The notes beneath the pieces were generated by a model. That model did not search any database and was not told the origin of the DNA. It saw only the letters and a list, made by a program, of their open reading frames with translations. Of a stretch of DNA of 64,000 nucleotides, positions 1 through 11,879 are shown piece after piece (position 1 is the first letter of the stretch; each line of letters begins with the position of its first letter). The stretch is from Octopus bimaculoides (Eukaryota): positions 28,380,618-28,444,617 of the forward strand of contig NC_068998.1 in the NCBI RefSeq assembly GCF_001194135.2, in the 5' to 3' direction. Made by a program: the position numbers and the translations under genes.

Positions 1-1222
1 TGAAACGTATTCCGTTATAACTCGCCTTTCATGATTCTGCAAAAACAAAAACGTGTTTTAACAAGCTCATGTAAATTATTTGATTTTAGATTTTATTAAG
101 TGAGGTGACTTTTGACTAGTTTAAATTGTTTGATTAAGTTAACTTTCTTGCTTTAATTTCAAGCAATGTTTTTATTTCGTTTAAATCAATATTTTAGTAT
201 TCTCTTCACAACAGAGTGTTCAATGTTCAATTGATATTCTTGTGATATTGTGCTTTTAAAATAAATTTTCTAAAATTTGATTTAAGCTTCGATAAAGATT
301 TTTTTGCAAGGTTCTATTAAAAAAAAAAAAAAAATTAAAGCTGGCGAGAAGTTATAGTATTTTCTCTAGATTTCTTTTAAAATAATGTTGTCAGCAGTAT
401 AGCTACTGGGAATTGTTTAGAATATCTTCTTGCATTTTTATTTTTTCATAGCATGGCTCCAAAAAACATCTCACCTGAAGAAACACACCTTTACTTTCAA
501 GAACCTCCTATGTGGACAATCCACTGTTTTTAATAACCAAGTCTTCATCAAATCACACTTTACCGTCATAACGTGTCCTTTCTGTTTAATTATTATCTAA
601 TGTATCCTTACCTTATTTGAGGAAACAATAGATTAGATAATGACCTACACATCATTAAAAAGATTGGATGGTCACTATTGGAATTTTCAATTAGGGTTGA
701 CTTTGGGTCAAGAACAGCTTTTGACGTTAGGAAATAGGCTAGCCCTTCAAATGTTTCAAAATAGTGGTGTTGGTGTGAAAACATTTTCCAGATTTAACAG
801 AATTTTGGTTATATCAACCACTTTGAAAAGCATGAAATGATTATTGCTGTCCTATTTGGAAATATAGGTTGTTAATGAAATGCACAAAAGATGACGTAAC
901 TAAACATTATACAAACACACACGCATATACACACAAGCACGCACACATTTAGATCTTACAGATTTAATGCTTTCGCAATGAAACTGAATATAGCAAAATG
1001 TTTCTTGGTGATTCAAACATTTGAAACAAATTTGAGTCATAACAGTTAAAATAATTTTTCCATGAAATGTGACGTCAAAGAATAAAAGGTTGATAGAATT
1101 ATCAAACGATATCATTTCATGTGAAGTGAATAGACACATACCTAGAGCACACGCACACACGCACACACACGCACGCACACGCACGCACACACACATACAC
1201 ACACACACACACNNNNNNNNNN

Positions 1223-1263
<41 letters not shown>

Positions 1264-1738
1264 CTTCTAGTATAATAAATATATAAATATATAACCACCC
1301 AACTAACTAACTAAATAAATAGATAATTGATAGAGCAATAATGATACAGAATAAATTAGAAAAATGCGTAAGTAAACGCAGTCTACGTGTGAGTGATACA
1401 TTTACAAACCTAAACTTAAACGTGTGCAAAAACTCAACCTCATTTATTTATACAAAACATACAGACATATAGACACTTATAACAGAGTTTAGGTTATATA
1501 CATACACATGCATGTATCCAACCATCTATACATACATACATACATACACACATACATACATACATATAGACAGACTGACAGAAATGTAGGGATAAGCAAA
1601 TTAGACAGATCAATATTATAAAGTATATTAAATGCATGAAGTACAAAAAAATGTATATATGTATACATATAAAAGGTCCAGCTTACACAGAAAACAAATA
1701 ATAGATAGAATTAAAGGGGTGTAAGAAAAGAATTACAA

Positions 1739-1795
1739 ATCCAACAGCTATTTCTGGGGGCTCGGCGGATGAGACGAGCCTCCGTCTTCAAGGAT
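1739..1795 (-). ncRNA. Degenerate type I hammerhead ribozyme motif at the 3' end of a PLE relic
   Basis: Minus strand reads ATCC-TTGAAGA-C-GGAGGCTCG-tctcatccgc-CGAGCCCCC-A-GAAAT-AGCT-GTT-GGAT. Stem I is ATCC/GGAT and stem II has 8 of 9 pairs. C3 is T and stem III has a T.G wobble. Confidence 0.6.
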
Positions 1796-2560
1796 GAGAT
1801 CTTACATTTGAAGTGCCAAAAGAGAGAAGTTGAATGATTGAATGTGGAGAGCTAAGTGTATTAGAAGGGGATCTAGGATAAGGAATAGTAAAAGAAAAGA
1901 TAGTTCAGGAGTGAATGGTTAATAAAAAGGCTAGTAGGGAGTAGTATGAGTAGAGGTGGAAAATAGGAGGATGAGTGGATGGTGGGGTAGGTAGTATATA
2001 AATGGTAGTCTATTGTGTTAGGTTTGTATGAAAGCTATAGAATTAATGGTGAAGATAGTGAGAAAAGGGAATGGCCATTATTTGAGGGAAGTAAGGTGGA
2101 AATTACTAAGGTATGTAGAGAGATATGAGATAGGATAGAATGGGGAGAGGGGTTGCTGGTAGTCGAGATAGCAGTGGTTCGTGGGATAATGAGTTTGGGT
2201 TGGTATTGGAGGGGGAGTACAATGGTATACAGAAGTGTATGAAGTTGAATAGTGAGAAGTGAATAGAGAGGGGGATAGAGGTTAATGCAGGTGAGTATCT
2301 AAAGGAGTGGGATAGAGTTAAGTACCTTTGGTAAGGAGGAGAAATAAGGGGAACCGCTTAAGAGGGTGCAGAGACTATGAGAGAGGTGGGAAGTAGTGGT
2401 TTCGAAGAATTTGAAGCTGTAAGCATGGGAAAGAATAGTTTGATAAGGAAGGTAGTATTGGTTGAGGTAGTTGGCTGCTAGGCTGATTGTGTCATAGTTC
2501 AAGGTTAATTTAGAGTATGGGCACTTATAGTTATGGGATTACATAGATTTCATAAAATGC
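1796..2560 (-). mobile_element. Decayed PLE 3' fragment (Naiad-like GIY-YIG C-terminus plus C-rich 3' region)
   Basis: ORF 2299-2502(-) ISLAA..YLPYQTILSHAY..LCTL..VLNS resembles the GIY-YIG tail of the element at 17800-18010. An HHR motif follows downstream. Confidence 0.45.
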
Positions 2561-2799
2561 GAGAATGATCTGTCTAATTTGCTTATCCCTACATTATCTT
2601 CTATACCCGCTCAAGCTTAAATCTCTTGAGCACTATACGGAGAATATCTGGATCTCATCTATGAACTACATACATACATGAGTACATACATACATACATA
2701 CATACATACACACACGTACACATACATGCAGACACCGATACGCATATGTAAAGCATTCATTTGTGCTTCACCTCAAGCTCAGACAAAGCAGCAGTGGAC

Positions 2800-5645
2800 T
2801 TATTTTTCAAATTTAAGGATAATTTTTTTCCTGTCACAACTCGTCCATGAACCAACCAGAAACAACCAAAGTGTCTTGGATCTAGTGCTAAGAAATCATG
2901 CTAACATTATCCATGATATCACAGTGGAAAGAAAACCTGTCCGATCATGACATAGTACTCTGTAACCTCAATCTTCAGCATCCAAAAATTTGGCATAAAT
3001 CACTAACTCCAATGCATCCATTTGGTAGCATGAATTTACACAAGTCAAATTGGAGTGCGATCACTCAAGACCTATCGCAAGTGGACTGGTCCTTCACCCT
3101 TGCTTCTTCTAACACCACAACAAACACAAACGCATGGCAACTATTTGCGGCCACAGTCACTCACATATGCTCAAAACGCATACCCTCACGACTCATAAAT
3201 AACAGTAGATGCAGGATTCCAAAACAGAGAAAAGTGCTCAGCAGGAAAATAAAAAGAATAAACCGAAAAATCAATACTCTAAAATGCCACCATCAGCAGC
3301 AGCCCCAATCGAGAACATTAACAAACTTGGAATCAAAGAAGCAATAGCTGCAGGACTGTATGAGAACCCTCATAAACGACCAAAGAGCAGCAGAGGAAGC
3401 CTGGGCTATTAAAAACATCATGAATAAGCCTAAGGTTTTTTTTACTCCTTTGCAAGAACACATAGACCACAGTTTCCTCTATCGGCCCACTGGTTGACGG
3501 AAATGGCATCCTTCACAGTGACGCCAAAGACATGACTGAGATTCTGCAAAGTCTATACTGTTCTGTTTTCAGTGACTGATTTAGTTGACTCAAGCAGCTT
3601 TGCTTGTTTGAATCCTCAGCATGTCCTTTCCGACATAACATTTGACGCCACTGACATCCTAGCAGCAATAAAAGAAATCAAATCCGATTCAGCAGTGGGT
3701 CCTGACAGGTTCTCTGCTGGAGTACTGAAGGAATGCAGATAGCAACTTGCAGTTTCTCTTGAAAATCTCTAGAGGAAATCACTGGATGCCGGTTTCATCC
3801 CTCAAAACTTTCTCTCCCAGTCAATCATTCCTATCTTTAAAGCTCCCAATAAACTACCGCCCAATTTCACTCACTGCACATATCAAAATATTTGAGAGAA
3901 TATTGAGATAAAAAATAACAGCCTCCCTAGAACAAAATCATCTTCTAAATTGCAACCAGCATGGCTTTTGTGGTGGAAGGGACTGTCTAACACAGCTCTT
4001 CCACCACTTTAATGACATCTTAAATGCACTAAGTGGGGGCTCCAACACCGATGTCATATACCTTGATTTCAGCAAGGCCTTTGACAGAGTCGACCATAAT
4101 ATACTGTTAAGAAAAGTATCCAACGCTGGAGTCGGGAGAAAGCTACTTCAATATATTAAGTATTTCCTAACAAACAGGACCCAGCATGATGTGGCTGATG
4201 GCATCCACTCAAGACCAGAAAAAGTTATCAGCGGAGTCCCGCAGGGTACTGTGCTGGGTCCACTTGTTTTTATTGTCTATATCAATGACATTGCAAATTC
4301 CATTGAACATAGCACCATTAAAATATTTGCAAATGACTCTAAGCTTCAGAAAGTCATTAAAAGAACATATGATCGAATGATGCTTCAATCGGATCTATGC
4401 GTAGTAATCCAGTGGGCACAAAAAAAAAACAAAAAAAAAACAATATGCAGCTGAACGAAGAAAAATTTGAGCTCATCCACTTTGGAAAAGAGAGCACACT
4501 CAAACCAGACTCAACATTCACGCGGGCATACGCAGATATACATACATTCTTGTAGTTACGAATAATCATGCATTCGTAATATTTAAAATGTAGGCTCAAG
4601 CATCCACACAAACAGAAGCGCAGAAAAATATTTTCGTATTAATACATAGACACATACACCTATAATGCAATCATATAATCTATACGAATATCAATATACA
4701 ATATTTTAGGCGTAAAAATGGTTCAAGTTCAGATTACACAGTGTCAGTTTATTGAAATTACAACTTCAAAATGGTGGTCGTAATCAATAGGCCACCACCC
4801 TTCCTATCTTACGTAATTCATCTCTGAGATTGTCACATTGTGTCTCACATTGACTCTCCCTGAGAACTACGGTGAACCGTCGGATAATGCCAGAGACTTA
4901 GGTGTAATTGTTGACGGCAACCTTAGCTGGAGTGTGCACATCAGCAAAAAAGTCAATGTTGCCCGCAGAATGTGCTCATTGATCTCAGATCTTTTCAATC
5001 TAGGGATTATGAAACCGTTATCCTTCTCTTTTCCACATTCACCAGGCCCCATCTCGAATACTGCTGCTCATTGTGGTTCCCCTACAAAAAAACCAGACAT
5101 AATGAGGATCGAAGTGCCACAAAGATCAATCACTAAAAAAATAAATGGCATGGCGGGACTTGATTATTGGGCTCGACTTAAACAGCTGAAACGCTGTTCT
5201 CTGCAACGCTGCCATGAGTGATACATTATTTGCACCATGTGGAAAATATTCCACCACTATTATCCAAATGATATCGGCAATATGTTTACAATTCACTCCA
5301 AATAGGCCCCCGTGCAATGCGTCCCCTACAAAGGTCGAAATCATATCACATCACATATTGCGGCACAATTTCTTCACTGCAAATGGTCCTGCTCTTTTCA
5401 ATGTCATCCCGAAAGAAATTAAAGTAGAAAATGACCCCACAACTTTCAAACGGTACCTGGACAAATTCCTCCAGGAAATACTAGACAAACCACCTACACC
5501 TGGATACGTCTCAAATAACAACACTCTGCTTGAGTGGTCCATGGTATCTCGAAATAATTAATTAAAAGACTTTTCCAAGTGGTGCTATTGAGTTAGTCAT
5601 GGCCTGGGCCAATAATGACCGAAACCAATCTAAGTGAACTAAGTT
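2800..5645 (+). mobile_element. CR1-type LINE, 5'-truncated and frameshifted (APE end plus RT), interrupted at about 4520-4870
   Basis: APE end DLVLRN..SDHDIV; RT motifs NQHGF, DVIYLDFSKAFDRVDH, VISGVPQGTVLGPLVFIVYINDI, IFANDSKL, ARDLGV; C-terminus GPALFNVIPKEI..FKRYLDKFL. Confidence 0.92.
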
Positions 5646-5659
5646 GTCTAAATTATGTC

Positions 5660-7430
5660 CTGTAAGTCTTATGCTTACATGCTGAAATGAGTTCAGAATT
5701 CAAGAGTGAATCCTTTTCAGAAAGCATCTTACTTACTTTCACCGCACACAAATCGTAAAGTTAAAATCTTCCATTTGATTCCGTATTAGATGTGCCTATT
5801 CTTCGGACTCCACATATATGCCAAAAGTAATGTCATATTCCTTTTTTCTGGATTTCGAAATGAAGGAGTGTATTTGATATTGGGCTTTAAATCTATTTGG
5901 CTATCAAACATTCTTAAAAATTACTAGTTGCGTGGAAGTTAACAGTACACCTATATACTACATCATTAATTAGGAAATTCTCATCTAAAGGGCAAAATTC
6001 TTCTTCTTAACACAATTATAAAATGCATTATAGCTACTGCTAACGTAATTTGTACTATTATTACTTCTGCTTGTCAGTTTATCTACATTCAATAACACAA
6101 TGCTCTGCGCGAGGTTAGGAGTTGTACAATAAGATAATTAACAGTATTCCTGTTAATGATCTTGCAATATTTATGTTCAAATGGAAAATGTTAAGTAAAG
6201 AAGAATTTGGCTATAGGCGTTGCCATTTCCCTATTAAAAAGAAGGTTATACAAAATATTATCTATAGATTTATTCTTTCTAATTTCACTTTTGTAGTTAA
6301 TAGTATACAACTTCTTAAAATCACGTTGAGTAAATGCTTTGTTGTAATAGGTTGAGTAAACGTTAAAAATCAGCTCGTTAGCTGACAGCCAGAATTATCT
6401 AAAGGAGGCATTTTTATCAACTTTTTATGTTGTTCGGATGGTTCAAAGATTTACTCGAAAATTATTTATGAAATGGTCTTATCCGTGTTACGTGGGTAAA
6501 ATGATACATTACAGAGCTACAAAGATTCAGGGTCACATCCAAAAATTTACTATAATTAGATTCGTGTCAAATGCAATAGACAAAGTCTTTGAAGAAACCA
6601 ATCAGGTTCCCGGGGGCTGCAATTGGTCGTAATCAATAGGCCACCACCCTTCCTATCTTACGTAATTCATCTCTGAGAAGAAACAGTAAGTAAACCAATA
6701 AAGTAGCGACCTCAGTTATACTCACATAAAAGAAAGTATTTGTAGATTTTTCTGTATCCAAATAGAATTATCGTAGTTTATAGCAGCTTTCTTGACATGT
6801 ATAATTATATCAACCACGAAATCACTAATATCTGTTAACGGTTTTAGAAAAATTTTAAGCCTTGAATAACAGTGTTAATGTGATGGAGGTGCAATAATTA
6901 TTTATATCAAACTGAATAAATTTTGTAAATCCCTTGTTAGGGATACCTTTGAAACAATCAATAACTGTAAAGGAATTACTCTATAAGGCTAAAGGAATTA
7001 CTTCTTTGAGCATAGGTATATTAAGTATCGAATTTAGTTGGGCGGATCATCCTAATAATTACTTTATTATCGACGTCTGATTTATGATCTTTGTGTGTGA
7101 AATAAGGAATGACAGGAGTCAGTAGTTCTCATTAAATCACGAATTCAATCTGGTTAAACCACGAATTGTTGATATCATTCAATACATTCCGACTTGTCTT
7201 AAGGTAATACGTAGTGTCTATGTTGAGTAAAAAACGGTGGTAGGAACTCTTGAATCCCTGACGTCTCTCACACCAGTGTTCAAATCCCTTTCGAAAGGGT
7301 TACTTTTTTCAGTGAACTTAATACTTTGCATAAGTGTAAAAACAAAAGGGTCTTTCTCGGTCGGTGCCAAATGCGTGTTACAAGGAGTGGGGAGACATTT
7401 ACATGTTTTATTTATAAAACTTCTTGTCTT
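5660..7430 (-). mobile_element. Near full-length decayed Naiad-type PLE (RT plus C-terminal GIY-YIG)
   Basis: Minus-strand translation across frameshifts gives collinear motifs: SIKF..NPFERDL, KDHKSDV..IRMIRPTK, FKGIPNK..KFIQFDINNY, IVNFLDVTLNL, HFPFEHKYCKIINRNTV, NC.KK..PLDEN.LINDVVYRCTV, IKWKIL, ELISACKH. Confidence 0.85.
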
Positions 7431-7705
7431 TAACTCGAATGAAATTAACGTGCAAGTGGCTGAGCATTCCACAGACACGCGTACTCATAACGTAGTTCTC
7501 GGGGAGAGTCAACACGAGACACAATGTGACAAGGCTGGAACTTTGAATTACAGGTATTGTTCACTTTTGTCAGCTAAGTTGACTGGATCAACATGAAATA
7601 AAATGTCTTGTTCTAGGACACAATGCTCCGCCATGAATTGAACCCACGACATTACGATCGTGAGCCGGAATACGGTAACCACTAAGTCACGTGCTTTCAC
7701 AAGAA
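7430..7705 (-). mobile_element. tRNA-headed SINE, family C (my label)
   Basis: Minus strand has GTGACTTAGTGGTT (A-box-like) and GGGTTCAATTC (B-box). The body is shared with 43680-43980. Confidence 0.75.
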
Positions 7706-7814
7706 TTTTCATATACATACATACATACATACATACATATGTATGTACGTAATACATAATTTTTCTTCACACGTTTATTACTGTTCTTATTTTATTATTT
7801 TAACTCATATCCAT

Positions 7815-7858
7815 TGTCCGAAATCTTTCGTCACGCATCTGTGACCTCTCCAGCGACA
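7815..7858 (-). ncRNA. Degenerate type I hammerhead motif
   Basis: Minus strand reads TGTCG-CTGGAGA-G-GTCAC-agatgc-GTGAC-GAAA-GATTTC-GGACA. Stem II is perfect; the core, stem I and stem III each have one mismatch. Confidence 0.5.
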
Positions 7859-8294
7859 CTTTTCGTTCTTATGTGTGTTCTTGCTCCACTTATTCCATTC
7901 TGTTCTTGTGTGTGTGTGTGTGTGTGCGTGTGTATGTGTATTTCTAGTGTGTGTATTTGTGGGTGTGTATGGATTCGCTTCGTATGCCCTTCATATAGAT
8001 TTATTGATTTATTTTATCTATCTCCATATCTTATATTTATCCCAGGTATGTGGCAAATATATTTATATATTTGTTTATTTATCTATTTATTTATTTTTGA
8101 TACATCTATCTCTATTTCTCATAAGTATCAAAGGAATGTGCATATATGTCTATTGTGTGTTACCCTGTATATTTCTGTGTATCATTTACGATTCTGTGTT
8201 TTTTTTTGTTTTCCCTCTCTCTTCTCATCCCTTCTGTCTTTAGTCACGTGGTGTGGTGTGGTGTGGTGCGGTCGTGAGTGTTACTGTTCCATTC

Positions 8295-8539
8295 GTGTTT
8301 TCTATTGAGGCTCGGTCTGTCTACTGCTATGTGTGTAGCCTCTGTGATCTAAGTATCGTGTCAGTTCTATGTGTCGATAATACCTTAACCCCTATGCTAT
8401 TAATCGAGCCGCCATGTTCTGCTTGAGCATGTTGGTAGAGCACTGACGAGCTTTCCCCTACACGCATCCTATGCTGCATGCAGTCTCTCCAATGTAGGTA
8501 GTTGGCATGTTTCTGCATCATCCCTCAGTACATCGTAAG
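8295..8539 (-). mobile_element. PLE GIY-YIG endonuclease fragment (left arm of an inverted pair)
   Basis: CRNMPTTYIGETACSIG..SSVLYQHAQAEHGG..VKVLSTHRTDTIL; it is the inverted homologue of 8540-8774. Confidence 0.85.
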
Positions 8540-9010
8540 CTTATGATGTACTGAGGGATAATACAGAAACATGACAACTAGATGAACATTGGCGAGAATT
8601 CAAAGAAGGGAAAAGCTCGTCAGTGCTCTGCCAACATACTAGGCAGAACATGGAAGCTCGATTAATAGCATAGTGGTTAAAGTATTATTGACACATAGAA
8701 GTGACACAACACTTAAACAGATCACAGAGGCTACACACATAACAGTAGACAAACCGAGCCTCAATAGAAAACACTTCCTTCCTCGTCCAACGTACTGTCT
8801 CGTAGAGTTCCTTTTTCCAACGGTTTTTTTCAAATAAGCTATTTAGCATTCTTCTCTACTCGCAGTTGTCACATTCGGTAATAATGTCTTACGGTTGAGT
8901 TGATTTTTATGCATTTCCCTGAAGAGAAGATTACATCTTTCTCAACATCATTCATTCCTTTGGAATGAACCAATTGTAATCTTCGAAACATATGTCGGAA
9001 ATAAAAGAAA
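8540..9010 (+). mobile_element. PLE GIY-YIG fragment plus 3' terminal region with HHR (right arm)
   Basis: DEHWREFKEGKSSSVL..AEHGSSINSIVVKVLLTHRSDTTLKQITEATHI..KPSLNRK, followed by the HHR and AATAAA. Confidence 0.85.
8913..9002 (+). ncRNA. Intact type I hammerhead ribozyme; predicted cleavage after C8996
   Basis: ATTTCC-CTGAAGA-GAAGATTACA..TGTAATCTTC-GAAAC-ATAT-GTC-GGAAAT. All core nucleotides are canonical. Stem I is 6 bp, stem II is 10 bp, and stem III is palindromic (ACATATGT). Confidence 0.9.
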
Positions 9011-9525
9011 TCATTTAATACATGCGTATAACTCCATTTATTTAAACTTATATTTATTCAATATACCTCAAATTAACAGGGAGTTTCTACCTCATAAACA
9101 GGAGTTACACCAAAGTTATTTTGTGGACTTTGCCACCCTGGTAACTATTAACCATTTTATTTTGTCAGAGTTAATTATTAACTAAGAGAAAATAAATACA
9201 TATAATTATATATATATNNNNNNNNNNNNNNNNNNNNNNNNNNNNNNNNNNNNNNNNNNNNNNNNNNNNNNNNNNNNNNNNNNNNNNNNNNNNNNNNNNN
9301 NNNNNNNNNNNNNNNNNNNNNNNNNNNNNNNNNNNNNNNNNNNNNNNNNNNNNNNNNNNNNNNNNNNNNNNNNNNNNNNNNNNNNNNNNNNNNNNNNNNN
9401 NNNNNNNNNNNNNNNNNNNNNNNNNNNNNNNNNNNNNNNNNNNNNNNNNNNNNNNNNNNNNNNNNNNNNNNNNNNNNNNNNNNNNNNNNNNNNNNNNNNN
9501 NNNNNNNNATTTATATATATATACG

Positions 9526-9571
<46 letters not shown>

Positions 9572-10715
9572 GCATCCGTCGGTCTCGAGAGGCCATGGAT
9601 CTGCGCTCAAAGGAATCGTGTCAGCTGCAGATGGTGGTTCAGCGTCTGTTATGGTTGTACAGGCTCACACAGGAGTGGCAGTCACGCGTGCAGCGACTGT
9701 GTTTGAAGGAGCTCTCTGCCGGTGCAGCTGATTTTTCCTTCCGCCGAGTGCGCTTTTCTTTGATGATGAGTACCTGTTTTCCTTCCCCTCTCTTCATTCT
9801 CATTCGCAGCATTTGCCTCTAGTGTAGGCAATCATTTGCAACCCCCTCCCATCTTAGGATGTCCAGAGCAAGCGACTTCGTATCTCTCTTACACACAGCT
9901 TTGAAATGAAGATGAAGTCGTCCTCGTGCTCTTGTGCCAGATGCTAATTCTCCCTACAGGAGGTTTTTTGGGATCATTCCGTCTGGCACGTGATGAATAT
10001 GACCAAGCCAGTGCAAACGACGCTGCTGGAGTAAGATGTGTATGCTGGAAATCTTGACTCGGTCGAGGACTTCGGTGTTGGTGAAGTGGTCGGTCCACTT
10101 GATGGTCCAAGAGGCATCTTAAATTACGAAGTTGAAAGACGTTGAGCCTCCACCCCTGTCTAGAGTAGAGGCTCCACGTCTCACTGCCATAAAGTAGCGT
10201 AGTAAGGACGCACACCTTATAGGCAACAATTTTGGTTTTTACAGCTAGTTTTTTTTTCCCAGACTCTCTTTGTGAGCCTGGCAAGTGTAGAGGAAGCTTG
10301 TCCGATTCACCGGTTGATCTCAGGGTCTAGGCAGAGGTCATCAGCGATGGTAGAACCGAGATAGGTGAATTGATGGACTACCTTCAGCCTGTATTTGTTG
10401 ATGGTGATGGTGGGAGCGTGCTTGACACTTTAACCTATTACTTGGGTCTTCTTCAGACTGATAGTCAGACTGAATTCCTGACAGGCCTTTGAGAGTTTGC
10501 CCGCGAGGTGCTGCATTTGTTCTTCAGAGTGCACTGTCAGTGCTGCATCGTCTGCGAACAACATTTCTCTGACGAGCACCTGGCACACTTTGGATTTTGC
10601 TTTCAGCCTCGACAGACTAAACAGTTTGCCACCGTCAGTTGATGTCCCAAATGAATGTTTCAGAATGACTGCAAAGAAGATGCTAGATAGGGTGGGGGGC
10701 AAGTACACAGCCCTG
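9526..10715 (-). mobile_element. RTE (BovB-like) LINE 3' fragment with internal deletions and a (CTA)n tail
   Basis: GKLFSLSRLKAKSK..REMLFADDAAL, YKVCVLTTLLYGSETW; 3' end GAGACCGACGGATGC-(CTA)n. Confidence 0.9.
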
Positions 10716-11879
10716 TTTTATGTCGTTGTGTATGTTGAATGTATAGATATGTGTGTGTGTGTGTGTATGTGTGTGTGTGTATGTGTGTGTATACAGAGAA
10801 AGAAGGGGAGGGAGGGAAAGAAAGAGAGTTAAAGTTCAATCGTTCTTTTGTAATTCGTTTGATTTGATTTTCCTTTCCGCTTTCACTAGTCGCACGGAAG
10901 ACATCTTGCCTGTAGGGCCCATGTTTTTTCGTTTTTTTATTAGTTTGCTATTAATCATATTTATTTTAATTACCACCATTCAAAGTTGATTACACGCTCA
11001 TTAATTATTCCAATCTAAACTAATTTCTTTATAATTGAACTTAATTCTCTACTTGGGTAGTTTGCTCCATAACATCGATGATTATTATTAATTTTACAAA
11101 TTAACCGGAAGCAATTTTCTGGATCCATTTTTAAAAGTTTGTATCGTATTTAATATGCAATATAGTGAAACCACAATGCAAATGAAATAGAATTATTGTT
11201 CTTATATGGATTAGATTTCTCTCGATTTATTGACTCCATGTCTATAAACGGCAGCTTATTGAGAAGAGGCTTTAGAATTCAGTTAGATATTTCAAATATC
11301 TGCAATTCTCTTTCATTAGATTGTCAATGCAAACATTGCATAATGCTTGCTTGATTATGGTTGTCCATCGCATTCTTTATTCTTTGACTGTTCATCCCAA
11401 TCCACGGCATATATCTTCTGTTGCTAATGGGGGATGTAAATTTTCGGGACCGCGTTTCGCCTTGATATCTTCAATTCACGTCCAGCAGTAAGGACACACG
11501 CGCGCACGCACTCACGAATACACAGACGTGTGCAGAAACATACACATACAAAGAAAAACATAACCACACACACAAACACAAACGCATGCGTGCCTACACA
11601 AACACACACAATAACTTACTTCGACTGTGAACGAACAGATGCATGACTACTCGACCGTGACCATACTGCCTTCTTAGCGTGAAGATATTTTGGTGATGTC
11701 CATGGTCAATTTCTTGACTGCTTGCCTCCAAGATTCAAGAATAGGGCCTGATGCTGAGAAATGCCTGAAAGGAAGGCATTTATAAAAACAGATAAAATAA
11801 ACTTTTTCTTCAATTTAAATATAAATCAGCCACATTAATTAAGCTTAGTGTCCAGGACCCAAATGGGATCCCCTAATAG

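Noticed and set aside
540-880. Possible PLE RT relic (FNNQVFI, LDNDLHII, AFDVR)
   Set aside because: The motifs are too weak and not clearly collinear in one frame.
11435-11480. Minus-strand TTGAAGA..GGCGAAACGCGGTC HHR-like string
   Set aside because: Stem I and stem II do not pair.
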